A stretch of DNA of 64,000 bases from positions 2,144,001 to 2,208,000 of the forward strand of contig CM000208.1 in NCBI GenBank assembly GCA_000002445.1, given 5' to 3'. How positions within the stretch are numbered: the first letter of the stretch is position 1; every line of letters starts with the position of its first letter. Source of the DNA: Trypanosoma brucei. Lineage: Eukaryota. The notes under the pieces were generated by a model, which saw nothing but the letters and a program-made list of their open reading frames with translations, ran no database searches and was not told where the DNA came from. Below are positions 32,287 to 43,936 of this stretch, piece by piece. Made by a program: the position numbers and the translations under genes.

Positions 32287-33392
32287 GGGTATTGAGTATG
32301 ACCACACTCCTCCTTTTTTTTTTCTGTTCTTTTTTTTTTTCCCCGCGTGTGCGCGGTTTTGACCTGCGCATCCCCAGCGACTTGTTTGTCGTTTCTGCAA
32401 CCCAGTACTCTCCCTCGTCCTTCACTTATTGGATTGTTTCGTGATATCCAAGTCACGGGAAGAGCGCTGTGTTTCGCCCTCCTGTTGATTTTTTAATTTG
32501 TGTTTATGGTCACGGATGGAGTTACACAGTTATCATTTCAATTTCTTCCTCCCTCTTCCAGTTCTCCTTTCTACTGTTTTTTTTTGTTCTTGTTTTGGAC
32601 AACCGCTTGTGCGCCACCAGTTGCGTCATGCAGTTTGCGTTTCAGTTGGGTGTTGGCAAGCCGGGGAAGGGAGCACACAAGTGAGGACGAAGGGTAGAAG
32701 AGACGAATGTCTTTGCAGTGCCTCTTTTTCTTTTTTTTTTATTTGTTTCTTCTTCTAACTTTTTGAAACATTTTTTTTTTCGGGTGAATCCGCACGAGGC
32801 CTCTGTCGGCGTATCTGTGTTCCCCTTTGTTTTTGCTTTCCCTTAACCTCCCGCATCATTCAGTGTTAACACCAACTACACTATTTTTCCCATGTTGCTT
32901 TGTTTACCTTATACACATACATATATATACATATATATATTAGGAGTAGGGGAAACACGGAGGGTAAAGGACAAAGAGAGTCTGACCAAAAAAAAACAAC
33001 AACAACAAAAACAACAAAAAACAGGTGCAAAATAACCAACACCGCACTTGTGAGAGGACTATCATCGGGACTGTCGAATAAAAGTGTGTGATTTTTGAAA
33101 ACATTATTGCCGGGAAACGTAGAGACTCGATCCAAACCAAACAAACAAATAGGGGAAGAATTATCTGGATCAACAGAGCCATCTGAACCCGAAGGGAATA
33201 TATCTCGAGGTTCTGCACCACAACTTGGAAAGAAGGAAGGAACAAAAGAGAAGGAATAACGGAAGGTGGAGAGGAAAAAAAATAATAAAAGAAAAAAAGA
33301 GGGAGAGAGAGACCAGTTGGACAACTGCTATCGGAGGGAAATATAGCGCCACTAATTTGAAAAAAAAAAAGAAAAGGGTCCAGTTTAAACGA

Positions 33393-35525
33393 ATGGACTG
33401 TGTGTATAACTCAGTGGGCCCCCTGTCGCCCTTCTTATGGCCTGCGCCACATGCCAACTTGGTGCCACCTGGTTATTCACCAGGAACCGTGGCTGATACA
33501 ATGCTTCACATCAGTGACCTCACACTCAGTCTCGATGTGCTCGCAAAAGCATTGGATCACTCATATCATCCCGTTCTTTACGCGATGGAGACTCATCAGC
33601 TTCACACACGGGTACTTTACAAGCGTCAGTTTGATTTGATGCAGTATGGAATGGTGCTGGACGAGGTGGAACGGCTCGTTATTGTCAGGATGCCTGCGCT
33701 CTGTGGAGACTCCGGTAAGAAAGTTTCACAGGAATATGCCGCACTTTGTGAGGATGATCTCAACAGCGCTCCATGTGCCCGCCATCCCATTCTTCCTGAG
33801 CATTGTCTCATAGTTTATCAACTTCCTGCCAAAGGTGATGGCAACGATGCCGTGCCTACGCCGTTGTTCCGACTTGTGTTTCGAAACGAGTCCTTTAACG
33901 AGAGTATGAAAAGAGAACTTGCAGATAAGTTTCCGCTCTACCGGCTTCGTTCAGTATACGTGTCACACAAGATGTATTACCCCCTCCGTCATCAGGTACA
34001 ATTGTATAATGAAGCCTCAGCTGAGAGTGTGGATTTACCCGACTTTGATTTGGAAGAATCCTTAGGGTTGAAACCACTCCGCCAACTTCTCACAGCATGG
34101 ATGATGGTTTTGGAAGGAATTGCACCTTCGTGGTTGGTGGACAAGGGTGTTGGACCCGATGTTGTTACTCTTTTTCTTGCCCACCACAGGCCAGAGGGAA
34201 AGTATGATGTAAAAGAGGTGTTACAGGCGTACGACCAACTTCCTGTAGAAAATCGCGTTCGATGTTCCTATTACTTAACAGCAAAGCGTATGGAACAGCG
34301 CATCAAAGTGATGCCGCGTTTCCCCAACATGATAAACACGTGGAGGAAAGGTTCCTACGATGTGGAGTACTTCAGCGAAGTTGCTTCCGGGACCGAGCCA
34401 ACGAAATGTTTGGCGCCCTGTTTCCGGATGTTGCTTTGTAACAGGAAACCGGGAAGAAACTATGTTGAGGATGATGAGGTTGCCGCATTCATACCAACAG
34501 ATGCAGAATGCGAACCACTGCAGGTCTACAACACACTGGCGGCGGAACGATTACGCTTATGGGTTCTCAAAGGTCTTCTCACGGCCGAGCTGCATGGTAT
34601 ACACAACCTTATGATTGAATTTGATGTCGCCATGGTGGTTTCCGAATGTGTGGGTCTCCTTTGGGGCGGGGATGAGGAACAACGCCGGCGGGAGGTTATA
34701 TTTCATGTATGTAAAATTATTGTAGAAACCGTAGAAGATTATGTGCAGCACAGCGGTGTTATCTGGTGTGCTACCATTGTCACGTCCGATGAAGAATCCA
34801 TCCGGTCTGCAGAACTCTGCAAGGATATTTTGGAGGTCACGCAGATAGCAAAGGCCCGTGTCGAGATTGAAGAGGGACTGCGGGTCGCTTCAAGTGGGAA
34901 GGAAGATACTGAAGAGGCCCCATCCGCATCCTCAGAAACAGGTGTTAGCACGCCAGGTGACGAAAAGGAGGCCCACGAACAAGTGGATGAAGTTGCGGCG
35001 GATCCGGTTGATAACCTGTTGTACATCCCAGGAACATTTCAGACTATAACTAATTGTCAGATAGGAGTTGTTCCTTGCAGGCAACCATTCATCACTGCTT
35101 CAAAGATTTCAGAAGATGTGAGAGATCGTGCAATGCGTTGTGGTGTGCGTCTCAGTGATGCCGAACTGTATCCTATCTTCCTTGCCCTTTCTGGTGGAGA
35201 AGAGACGGTTCCCATAAGTAAAGTGGTGGGCCTCATTTTGGAAAAGCAGGAGGAGGCAACCAATACTGGTGGCAGGAGGGCGAGAGGAAGTTGCAGTATG
35301 TTGTGGCCTCATGATCATCCGATATGTGCACTTGACTTCTGTGGTGTGCCATGGGATGTGGTGAGTGTTACAAACTTCGTAAAGGGGTTCCAGAGGCGCC
35401 CATACCGTGCATGGGGGACAAAAGATTACAGAGCGTCACTCATGATGTCTGGCCGATGTGAAGAGTCGGACACACTGAATTATGTGGAATTCTCAATCAT
35501 GATGCTTGCATTAGCTCGCCAGTAA
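33393..35525 (+). CDS. Hypothetical protein (710 aa) with a possible C-terminal EF-hand-like region
   Basis: The ORF track starts at 33225 with TTG through a purine-rich, low-complexity stretch; the first ATG (MDCVYNS) is at 33393. The C-terminal 'LSDAELYPIFLALSGGEETVPISKVVGLIL...LNYVEFSIMMLA' resembles an EF-hand pair. Otherwise no family assignment. Confidence 0.45.
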   Translation: MDCVYNSVGPLSPFLWPAPHANLVPPGYSPGTVADTMLHISDLTLSLDVLAKALDHSYHPVLYAMETHQLHTRVLYKRQFDLMQYGMVLDEVERLVIVRMPALCGDSGKKVSQEYAALCEDDLNSAPCARHPILPEHCLIVYQLPAKGDGNDAVPTPLFRLVFRNESFNESMKRELADKFPLYRLRSVYVSHKMYYPLRHQVQLYNEASAESVDLPDFDLEESLGLKPLRQLLTAWMMVLEGIAPSWLVDKGVGPDVVTLFLAHHRPEGKYDVKEVLQAYDQLPVENRVRCSYYLTAKRMEQRIKVMPRFPNMINTWRKGSYDVEYFSEVASGTEPTKCLAPCFRMLLCNRKPGRNYVEDDEVAAFIPTDAECEPLQVYNTLAAERLRLWVLKGLLTAELHGIHNLMIEFDVAMVVSECVGLLWGGDEEQRRREVIFHVCKIIVETVEDYVQHSGVIWCATIVTSDEESIRSAELCKDILEVTQIAKARVEIEEGLRVASSGKEDTEEAPSASSETGVSTPGDEKEAHEQVDEVAADPVDNLLYIPGTFQTITNCQIGVVPCRQPFITASKISEDVRDRAMRCGVRLSDAELYPIFLALSGGEETVPISKVVGLILEKQEEATNTGGRRARGSCSMLWPHDHPICALDFCGVPWDVVSVTNFVKGFQRRPYRAWGTKDYRASLMMSGRCEESDTLNYVEFSIMMLALARQ

Positions 35526-36788
35526 AAGGTGGAATGTGTTGATGCCGATCATTTCTTCAGTATTTGTTTCCCTGTATTTACCACCCTCTCAATTCACTTG
35601 TTGTTTCATGTTTTCTTTATGTCACCTCAACTGTTGTGCGCGTGGCTTCGTCGCCATTTTGGTTGTCAAGTGCAGATGGTAGAGGGAGGAAAAAGGCGCA
35701 CACTTCAGTTGAGCGCTCGTTTCACTATGTATTCTATCACCTTCTTCTGTTTTGTTTTTCATTTTTCGCTACTTCAATGTGTACATGTCGTCGATGATTA
35801 ATTCTTCCCGATGTGTGCTCCTATGTATGTCTGTGAGCAGGAGGGAAAGGGCGGGTGTGATGCTTGGAGGTAACAAAAAAAAAAAAGAATCGGTAGCTTG
35901 CCTTCTTCTTTCCCTCCTTCGAAGAACAACGAGCGCCTGCTGCAAAAACAATTTTTTCTCTGTTTTGCATTTAGAAGGTTGTTTCTTCAGTTATGTCGCA
36001 GAAATGTAGGTCCGACAATCTTCTTTTCTTTTTCTTTTATCTCGTTTTGTAGATCTCTACCACATGTGCGTATGCCAAAGGTGTAATTAAAGCAGGTAGG
36101 AGGAACGAGAGGAAGGAGAAAAAAAAAAGAACATAGATTTATATTGTTCCCCTACATCGGAGCAGACTACGTCTGTAATATGCGGAACCAACCTTCTCTG
36201 CACTTTACTGTAAATGTCTGCGAGATCACGTGATGTACACAAATTGGCTGCGTTCCTCTCACCACGTTGGATGCTGGAAAGGACACACAAACGAGGACAG
36301 AGAAACAATAACAACAACAAAAAAAAGAAAAGAAGCAACAACTTATGATGACAATATTATTTCTTACTTTCTGATCCGTGATTTGATTGACACAAGCACT
36401 GTCTGTGCGAACGTATCGAGAACCTGATTATATTGTCTTTAAAAATCCCCTCCTTTACATTATTTCCCTCCTTTACCTTATTTTCCTATCTCTTATACAT
36501 GACGAGACCGAACGGTAACTCTCTGGAAACTCATCCCCTCTTTTCTGTAGATGTGTTTCCTCATCGGTTCCCGGAGAAACCCTTTACGAGTTTCCTTCAG
36601 CGCAACTCAAACTGTCTGTTGGATTGTTGTTTAGTTTTAGGACCAACCTTGTGGGTTTATGTGGAAGAATGAGATTGAGAAAAAAGGTATGACGATTGTT
36701 TTATCGATATGTTTTGTGTCTATTTCTCCCCTCTTTTACTGCACTTGCCTTCATTCGTGTTTTCTTCACGTTGGTTTTTTTCCCACCG

Positions 36789-36815
36789 GTGTGTGTGTGT
36801 GTGTGTGTGTGTGTC
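36789..36815. repeat. (GT)13 microsatellite
   Basis: gtgtgtgtgtgtgtgtgtgtgtgtgt, seen directly, 130 nt upstream of the Pro-rich CDS. Confidence 0.9.
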
Positions 36816-36943
36816 TTTGTTTCTCGTGCCGCCTCCAAGAAGTCAAAGCTATTAGAGTAAAGCCGCAAGAAAAAAATAAATAAATATATATACGTATATT
36901 ACAACGAAAGGAAAGTAAAAGGAAAAAAAAAGGATTATTATCA

Positions 36944-38179
36944 ATGTCTGCAACCGTCGCACAGCGCCCTTCTACGGCGCAGGAACGTATTCTTGCTTCC
37001 AACTGCCCTCCGCCGCCACCACCGCCCCCGGGATCCCCGTCGCACCGCCAGCGCGCCGCATACAACAACTTCGGCAGTGGCGTCTCCGCAATGTTTGGAT
37101 TTCAACCAACGGGCCTCGTCACCGCCATTGAAAATGAGACACAGGGACCAGTTGTCACTCGCAGGACAAAGTACCGTGACACCTCTGAGATCATTCTCGG
37201 ACCCAGCAAACCTTCTCAAATAAAGCACGGTGTCCGCCGCTATGATGGTCATGACGACTGCTCTGTGGGTTTGGCTCTTACCGACACTTGGATTCGCGGT
37301 TACGCCGATGATGAGGAGCCTCCCGCCCATGTCGTGAGGCAAAGGGGCCCGAAGGATAACCTTGAGGGAAATTGCTGCCGTGTCAAGACTGAGGAAACGA
37401 AACCACGCAAAATGCTTGCTCCAGGAAACCCACCTCCAAGGACGACAAGGCCTCCATACAGCGTTCCAGAGTATGATGGGAACAATGCTGAGGAAACCTG
37501 CCCCAAGCGCCTCTACAGGCACAAAGACAGCGGTAACATCATCTGCCCCGAGCCTTTGCCAAAGGGCACAGTTATCGATGACCGACCACGCGGAACGGTG
37601 CGCTCGCACCGCAACCGGTCGAACGAGTCTGTTGATGTACTCAACCTTGGCCAGTACAGCAGTGAGCAGCTCAATGAAGTGGAACGGAAACTCGTTGCAG
37701 GGCCTCGTGAATTCATTCCCCCTCCACTGCCTCCTCGCCAACGCCCAATCATCGCCCGTGTGCACACTCCTGCAAACGCAACCCACGACATTTTCGGTAC
37801 TGGCCAAGGTGTTGAAGATATTGAGCCAGTCCACTGCAAGAAACGCGGTGAGAGCGCCCCGAAACGCTCTGGTGAGTTTGACATCTTCGATCCCACTCCA
37901 CTACCGCAGCAACCCACGAAGGGGTACAACCCAAGCGATTTGTTGGTGTACGATGAGCCGTATGTTTCTGTGCAGGAGAAGCGTGAGAAGGCGGCTCGTG
38001 AGGCCCGTCGCAACCCTGAAAAGTATTGCCCAGGAAATGTTGTTACGTCTTCGCACAAGATAGAAAAGAAGACGGAAAGTGGCGTGGTCTTTCACTCCAA
38101 ATCTCAGGAAATCACTGCCCATGGTGGCCGTGCGCGTGGCTTGTACGCCCCAAGGGGAAGTTCAATCTCACTGTGTTAA
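36944..38179 (+). CDS. Proline-rich hypothetical protein
   Basis: ATG-initiated 411-aa ORF with Pro runs (PPPPPPPP, IPPPLPPRQRP). It is oriented with the transcription unit. The overlapping 297-aa minus-strand ORF (36941-37834) is interpreted as an antisense shadow. Confidence 0.45.
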   Translation: MSATVAQRPSTAQERILASNCPPPPPPPPGSPSHRQRAAYNNFGSGVSAMFGFQPTGLVTAIENETQGPVVTRRTKYRDTSEIILGPSKPSQIKHGVRRYDGHDDCSVGLALTDTWIRGYADDEEPPAHVVRQRGPKDNLEGNCCRVKTEETKPRKMLAPGNPPPRTTRPPYSVPEYDGNNAEETCPKRLYRHKDSGNIICPEPLPKGTVIDDRPRGTVRSHRNRSNESVDVLNLGQYSSEQLNEVERKLVAGPREFIPPPLPPRQRPIIARVHTPANATHDIFGTGQGVEDIEPVHCKKRGESAPKRSGEFDIFDPTPLPQQPTKGYNPSDLLVYDEPYVSVQEKREKAAREARRNPEKYCPGNVVTSSHKIEKKTESGVVFHSKSQEITAHGGRARGLYAPRGSSISLC

Positions 38180-40312
38180 TTGTTGCAAAAGCAACGAAGC
38201 GTGGACGAAGTAACGGCAAACAGAACTAAGAGAGGATTTGTTTCGTTTTTTCGTTGTTTTTTTTTCGCTCTTTTTTTTTCTGTTTTGTCCGGCCCTACTC
38301 TTGGACACATGCATATGTATTTATAAATATGCGCGTGTGTCCAAAGTATCTTTGGTTGTATCTATTTTATGTAACAAGAAGTGTTCGTCTGACTGTGGGT
38401 ATATTCGGAAAGTGTGGATGCCAAGTGAAGGTGATACGCCTCCAATTTGAAAAGACAGAGATGTGAAGGGGGAAAAATAAGGAGTGAAGGGAAAAAGTGA
38501 ATAAACAAATGTCAAAAATCACGAAGAACGATGAGAAGTGAAGATGGGAGGTAAGGCTGGGGAAATAAAATAATGTTGAAGGTACGGAAGCTTTTCCCTT
38601 TTATCTATTTATATAAATAAATAAAAGGGGGGAAAAATGGCAAGTTTGGAATATTTCCCCGCGCTCCCACCGTTATCTTTTCTCCGTTTCTCCTTCCCCT
38701 TTGTTTCTCCACCTTTTCCTTTTTTTTTTCTTTTTTTGGTGTTTGAATCCGCCATGTTCCCCCTTCGGTACCGATCTCTGCATTTATGTGCAGAAAATAA
38801 AGGAGAGCTCAGGGAAGAATAGGCGATTTTGATGAATAAGCTTACCAACACAAGCTGAGACAAAACAACAACAACAACAAAAAGGAAAAGGAAAAGGAAA
38901 AGAAATATTGCAGGTAAAATAAATTCAAAGCAAAAAATAAAAAAAAAACAATGCAAATATGCGAAACCAACCCAGAATGAAAGAGAATATGAAGAAGGTT
39001 ATATGCTCATATTAATGAAGGTTGGGGGGATGGGGGGGAAAAAAAAGGAAGGGAACATGATGAACTGATGATATAAATTGTTAATGTATTTATTAGGTTC
39101 CACTCGTTTTCTTTATGTTGTTAAGTTTGAAGGTTGTGCACAAAAGAGCCACTTGAAAGGCATTCAACCATGGCTGAGCAGGACGGAATTGAAGGAAAGT
39201 GAGAGGGAACATGTTTTTGTATTTGTTTTTTCTTCTTTTTGTTTTACTAAAACTGAGGACCCCCCCCCCTCCCCTTGCCAGAAAAAAAAATGAAAAAAAA
39301 AGCAAGGAAGAGCTTGAAAGTGTTGCAAATACCCATATGCCAGAAAGTACTACCGCAGCAAAGAAAAAAAAATGAATGCAACATGACAGAATAAATTTGA
39401 AAAACAAAGGAAGAAGGATGAAATTTGTTTAAAAAGAAGCCGATAACTGTACGAATGAATGATTAAGTTAGTTTGTGCATGTAAGGAGGCAGAAAACGTT
39501 ATGACAGGGGGAAAAAAAGGAGAAGGGGACAAAAAAGGGGGCGGAAACGTGGAGGAATCACGCATTATAGTGACAACAACTCTTCTCCTGTCAAAAAAAA
39601 AAAAAACAAAGCAAAAAAAAAGGAAAAAGGGAAAGGAAAGAAGTAGTAGGGGATTAAAAAAAAAAAAGAAAGAGAAGAAAAAAAATATTGAGTTGGTTAA
39701 GGAGAAGCGTCCCGCTTTTGGGATATTGTACCAGGGACAAATAGCGACGCGGGGTTTGAACAAAATCAAACTAAAGAAGGGGGAAGGATCAGAAATGTAT
39801 GGGGGGTGGGGGACGAGGAGGATGGGAACAGGAAGGGAATATTATTTTAAAGAGGGGCCAGCAGAGAGAGAGAGAGAGAGAGGGTGAAAAAAAAAAAAGG
39901 AAAATGAAGTAAAAAAGACAGAGTAAACAAAGAAATGTTTACAAATATAATATATATATATATTTTATGTAATTAGTAAGGGACCTGCGGAGTCGGTGGG
40001 GTACCGTGTGACCGGGACTTTGCTGCCTTCTTCGTTACGCAAGCTAATACGAAAATACACATTAGGGACGAGTATGTGCGAGTGTGTATACGCACGTGCA
40101 GCTTTGTGTTTCGTCTCTGTTTCTATGAAGTCCGTTAAGCAGGGGAAGTAATTCGCTCATTACTCGCGACATATCCGAGGGGAAGGGCGAAAAGAAAAAA
40201 AAAGAAAAGCAGAAACAAACCCCCGAGAGATGTTAGGAACTTCCCTTTCGCCTTTCGCTCCACACCCCTGCCCCGTTATTTGTTATTTTCCTCTTTTCTC
40301 CATCCACTCATA

Positions 40313-40346
<34 letters not shown>

Positions 40347-40397
40347 TATACTGTACCTCCTGCATTTGTCTTACGCGATGCTTGCAGGCCGCTACTG

Positions 40398-40933
40398 CTT
40401 GACGACCCATGATGCTCCCACAAGGCATATAGAGTGGTTGCCCTTATATTTCCATTCCCGTCACTATCTTCTCTCTTTTTTTCTTTTTTCTTTCCTTTTT
40501 TTCTTTCCCTGTGTTGTGTGTGTGTGTCAAACAGAAAAAGGAAACAAAGCTCCGGCAATGCTTCGTGTTTCTCGATTATCCCTTGCCATTGGCACGTACA
40601 GCCTGTTCATGAAGGAGCAAAAGAATAATCCCGCATTGAAGGGACTCCCCGTAGCAAAGCGGGGTCAGGCAACGGCTAAGTTATATCGAGAGCTTTCTGT
40701 CACTGAGCGTGAGGAATTGGCAAAGCGTGCCAAAGCTGCTCCGTCTGCAACGAGGAAAAAATCGGTACCGAAAACAAAAGGTAAAGAAAAGGTTACAGGA
40801 GGGGGAGGCAAACGTAAGGCATCGGAGTACACCGAATTTGTGAAGTCCAACATATCCAAATACAGTAATCTTCCACAACGGGAGCGCATGACTGCCGTAG
40901 CAAAGCTGTGGAAACAGCAGAAACAGATGCGAA
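40398..40933 (+). repeat. 536-bp direct repeat, copy 1 (identical to 43393-43928)
   Basis: By eye the two copies are identical from 'cttgacgacccatgatgctccc' to 'gaaacagcagaaacagatgcgaa'. Each covers a polypyrimidine tract, the (GT)6 run, the AG acceptor region and the whole KAP-like CDS up to its last codon. The offset between copies is 2995 bp. Confidence 0.8.
40430..40556 (+). promoter_or_regulatory. Polypyrimidine tract, (GT)n and AG upstream of KAP-like copy 1, duplicated at 43425-43551
   Basis: ccattcccgtcactatcttctctctttttttcttttttctttcctttttttctttccctgtgttgtgtgtgtgtgtc aaacag. It lies inside the 536-bp repeat, so both copies share identical processing signals. Confidence 0.5.
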
Positions 40934-40938
40934 AGTAG
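40558..40938 (+). CDS. Small basic HMG-box-like protein with a mitochondrial presequence (KAP-like kinetoplast-associated protein), copy 1 of an identical pair
   Basis: The ORF-track start at 40366 is TTG; the first ATG gives 'MLRVSRLSLAIGTYSLFMKEQKNNPALKGLPVAKRGQATAKLYRELSVTEREELAKRAK...SEYTEFVKSNISKYSNLPQRERMTAVAKLWKQQKQMRK'. It has an MLR-type presequence, an HMG-box-like helix pattern, and is K/R-rich. The CDS and 160 nt of 5' flank are duplicated exactly at 43393-43928. Confidence 0.6.
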   Translation: MLRVSRLSLAIGTYSLFMKEQKNNPALKGLPVAKRGQATAKLYRELSVTEREELAKRAKAAPSATRKKSVPKTKGKEKVTGGGGKRKASEYTEFVKSNISKYSNLPQRERMTAVAKLWKQQKQMRK

Positions 40939-42316
40939 ATCGAATCGCTTCATTATGCCGTGGAAAGCGGGAGTATTTTCATCTTTTTTTGTTTTTTTTT
41001 ACGTGTTGTTCACCTGGCCCGCTGTTGGAGCCAAGACATGAGTGTCTTTTTTGTTGTGGAAAGCGAGACAGAAATATGCTTTTCAAGGAAACTCACGTTC
41101 GCATAGTAGAGTCAATTTTTCAATGTCGAACTGAAAGAGGATACAAAAGATAGAGAAAAGTAGAGAAAGAGAGAGGTAGAGATAAAAAGAAACTCTTGTT
41201 TTGAAGTTTCGAATGGATATATAAGTTTCTATTTATATATCTGCTTATATCTGTCTGATAGAATTATTCATTTTCCCTTTTTTTTTATGTTGGTTGGAAG
41301 TGAGCGGATGAAGCAATATTCTTTTTTCTGTTTGTTTTACACTTCTTCGCTGACCCCTTCTATTTTTGATTCTGTTGCTAATTATAGAGGGTTTCTGTTG
41401 TGGATACTTGTGGGTGAGTGAGTGGGTTTGTATAAGTTTTTACCCTACACCTTTCACTCTACTTAGCGTGTCTTGTCGATTGCATTCTGTTCGGCAGAAT
41501 TCCCCCAACAAAAATATATTCACACCTTTTTTAAAAAAAAAAAATTGGTTCCACATCACACACATGCTGCGCACGGGATGTCAACTTTCCCAACCGACTA
41601 ACTAACTCCTCTCTATTTTTGAGCCTTTTTCCGTACCTTTGCCGTTGCTCTTCTTCTTCTTCATGTTTCTGTTGATTGTGTGCAAGATAGCTTTCACTGG
41701 TGGATTTAGGCAATTTTCAAAGGAATTGCGGTAACGGAAACATCTAACGAAGGCAGTGTGTACAGTCTCATTACTAGCATTGGCGTCTGTTTAAATCAAT
41801 AAATCAATATATATATATATTAAATTGCTTTAGTTTTGGCTCGTGTCTGTGCAGATCAGCCTTGTAGTAAAGGTGGTTACAGCACAGGGTAGGGGTCACT
41901 GAGAGAAGCATTGGAAAAAATTTACAACTGTAGTCATAACTACTTATCCATACAAGCATATACGAACATAGAGCTTTTTGTTTACTTTTTGCGTACCTCC
42001 ATAAGACGCAACCGCAGGGATCAAGTCCAACAAGGAGCGTTGAACGAAGCAACGGGAACTCGTCGGCACCGCCTTGTCGTCGGGTCTTTCTTGCGCTCGT
42101 CAGTGGTGGGAGAAAAAGGAAACATATCTTCACCACCACTTCCACGAGTTCCACTGACAGTTTGGTCACTTGCAACCGGTCGCACTATAGAATTTTTACT
42201 ATCACAGAAATATAGCTGTGGAGCATCGTAGTTGCATAACTGTTTATTTCTTTTTCGTCGTCGCACAAGAACAGCAATTAGGAGGGTGAAGAACACGTGC
42301 TACATTATCTTCTCGC

Positions 42317-43030
42317 ATGTTGCGTTTTACGGTTGCGCTGTGCAGCATTCGCAAAATGGCTTTAAAGCTCTTCCGCGATGAGCAATTACATAGTGCTAAC
42401 CTGCAGGGTCTCTCGATGGCTCAGAAGCGAAAAGTTATTGAAAAGAAGTTTAATCATCTTGGACGGAATGAGATGAGAGTTCTGAGACAGCGGGCTCGTG
42501 AAATGCATGACAATGTGGTGTTAGCGGCGGGTGCGGGTGCGGGTGCGGGTAAGGGTGATTTTCAACCAAGACACCCAAAGATAACCGCATATGAACTGTT
42601 CTTTAAGGAACAGTCATCAAACCCATCCATATCTTCCATTACATCCCCCAGACTGCGCGAGAAGCGAGTTTTTGCCATATTTCAAACATTACCCGAGAAG
42701 ACACGAAAACAATTGGAAGAGAGGGCTGAGCAACTCTCACAAAGCGGTGGGCAACGGAAAATTTCCCCCGCTGTAAAGGTACCAAAACCAAAGAAGGAAA
42801 TACAGACAAAGGCATCGAAGAAGGCGCCCACCAAACGAACTGCAGCTAAGAAAAAGCAGAAACCTTCTACTTACAGGGCGTTTGTAAAGGAACAAATGCC
42901 TCTCTTAAAGCACCTTCCGCCGGCTGAACGCATTAAAACCATCGCAAAGAAGTGGAAGGCACAAAAGGGTGAGAAGAAACCTACCAAACGGACTGGACCA
43001 TCTGAGAACAAGGCAGCAGGCAAAAAATAA
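42317..43030 (+). CDS. Two-HMG-box-like basic protein with a mitochondrial-type presequence (KAP-like), divergent paralogue lying between the duplicated genes
   Basis: 'MLRFTVALCSIRK' presequence. Box 1 is 'YELFFKEQSSNP...RVFAIFQTLPEKTRKQLEERAEQ'; box 2 is 'YRAFVKEQMPLLKHLPPAERIKTIAKKWKAQK'. K-rich linker and tail, 237 aa. Confidence 0.6.
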   Translation: MLRFTVALCSIRKMALKLFRDEQLHSANLQGLSMAQKRKVIEKKFNHLGRNEMRVLRQRAREMHDNVVLAAGAGAGAGKGDFQPRHPKITAYELFFKEQSSNPSISSITSPRLREKRVFAIFQTLPEKTRKQLEERAEQLSQSGGQRKISPAVKVPKPKKEIQTKASKKAPTKRTAAKKKQKPSTYRAFVKEQMPLLKHLPPAERIKTIAKKWKAQKGEKKPTKRTGPSENKAAGKK

Positions 43031-43392
43031 CCCAAATGGGTTTTGTCCAGCCTCGGACTTTTTGTTTGTTTTGAACGGCCATTGAAGGCTCATGGGAAAG
43101 AGAGAGTGGAATATCGAAGAATAGCTGCAGCAGTTGGCACAACAAACTCCCGTGTAACTTTATGCACGCTGTTAGAGGGGTGACTCATAGGTAATGCGCA
43201 GAGCATATGCGAATATGTACGGTGGTGCTAGCATGGCTTGTCAAGAAGGAAAATAGGACCACCGCCACTGTACATTTGTCACATTCAAAATATGTTGCCA
43301 TTCTCATTAAATCGAAGTTGTTAAAACTTTTGTGCTGGTGGAAGAATTTCAGCAGTATGACTTCTTTCTGCTGCGTGGTTTAGTGTATTTTA

Positions 43393-43928
43393 CTTGACGA
43401 CCCATGATGCTCCCACAAGGCATATAGAGTGGTTGCCCTTATATTTCCATTCCCGTCACTATCTTCTCTCTTTTTTTCTTTTTTCTTTCCTTTTTTTCTT
43501 TCCCTGTGTTGTGTGTGTGTGTCAAACAGAAAAAGGAAACAAAGCTCCGGCAATGCTTCGTGTTTCTCGATTATCCCTTGCCATTGGCACGTACAGCCTG
43601 TTCATGAAGGAGCAAAAGAATAATCCCGCATTGAAGGGACTCCCCGTAGCAAAGCGGGGTCAGGCAACGGCTAAGTTATATCGAGAGCTTTCTGTCACTG
43701 AGCGTGAGGAATTGGCAAAGCGTGCCAAAGCTGCTCCGTCTGCAACGAGGAAAAAATCGGTACCGAAAACAAAAGGTAAAGAAAAGGTTACAGGAGGGGG
43801 AGGCAAACGTAAGGCATCGGAGTACACCGAATTTGTGAAGTCCAACATATCCAAATACAGTAATCTTCCACAACGGGAGCGCATGACTGCCGTAGCAAAG
43901 CTGTGGAAACAGCAGAAACAGATGCGAA
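43393..43928 (+). repeat. 536-bp direct repeat, copy 2
   Basis: See copy 1. The sequence diverges 1 nt after 'gatgcgaa' (a in copy 1, g in copy 2), which changes the C-terminal residue(s) and the whole 3' flank. Confidence 0.8.
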
Positions 43929-43936
43929 GTAAGTGA
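43553..43936 (+). CDS. Small basic HMG-box-like KAP-like protein, copy 2 (identical to 40558-40938 except the last codons)
   Basis: The ORF-track start at 43394 is TTG; the first ATG is MLRVSRLS. The translation is identical to copy 1 through ...KQQKQMR, then ends SK* where copy 1 ends K*. The duplication ends at the stop codon, so the 3' flank differs. Confidence 0.6.
   Translation: MLRVSRLSLAIGTYSLFMKEQKNNPALKGLPVAKRGQATAKLYRELSVTEREELAKRAKAAPSATRKKSVPKTKGKEKVTGGGGKRKASEYTEFVKSNISKYSNLPQRERMTAVAKLWKQQKQMRSK

Noticed and set aside
36941-37834. 297-aa minus-strand ORF antisense to the proline-rich CDS
   Set aside because: It is Arg/Trp/Ala-rich with no motif, and it is opposite to the orientation of every other gene in this transcription unit. 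The sense-strand ORF is longer and has an upstream polypyrimidine tract.
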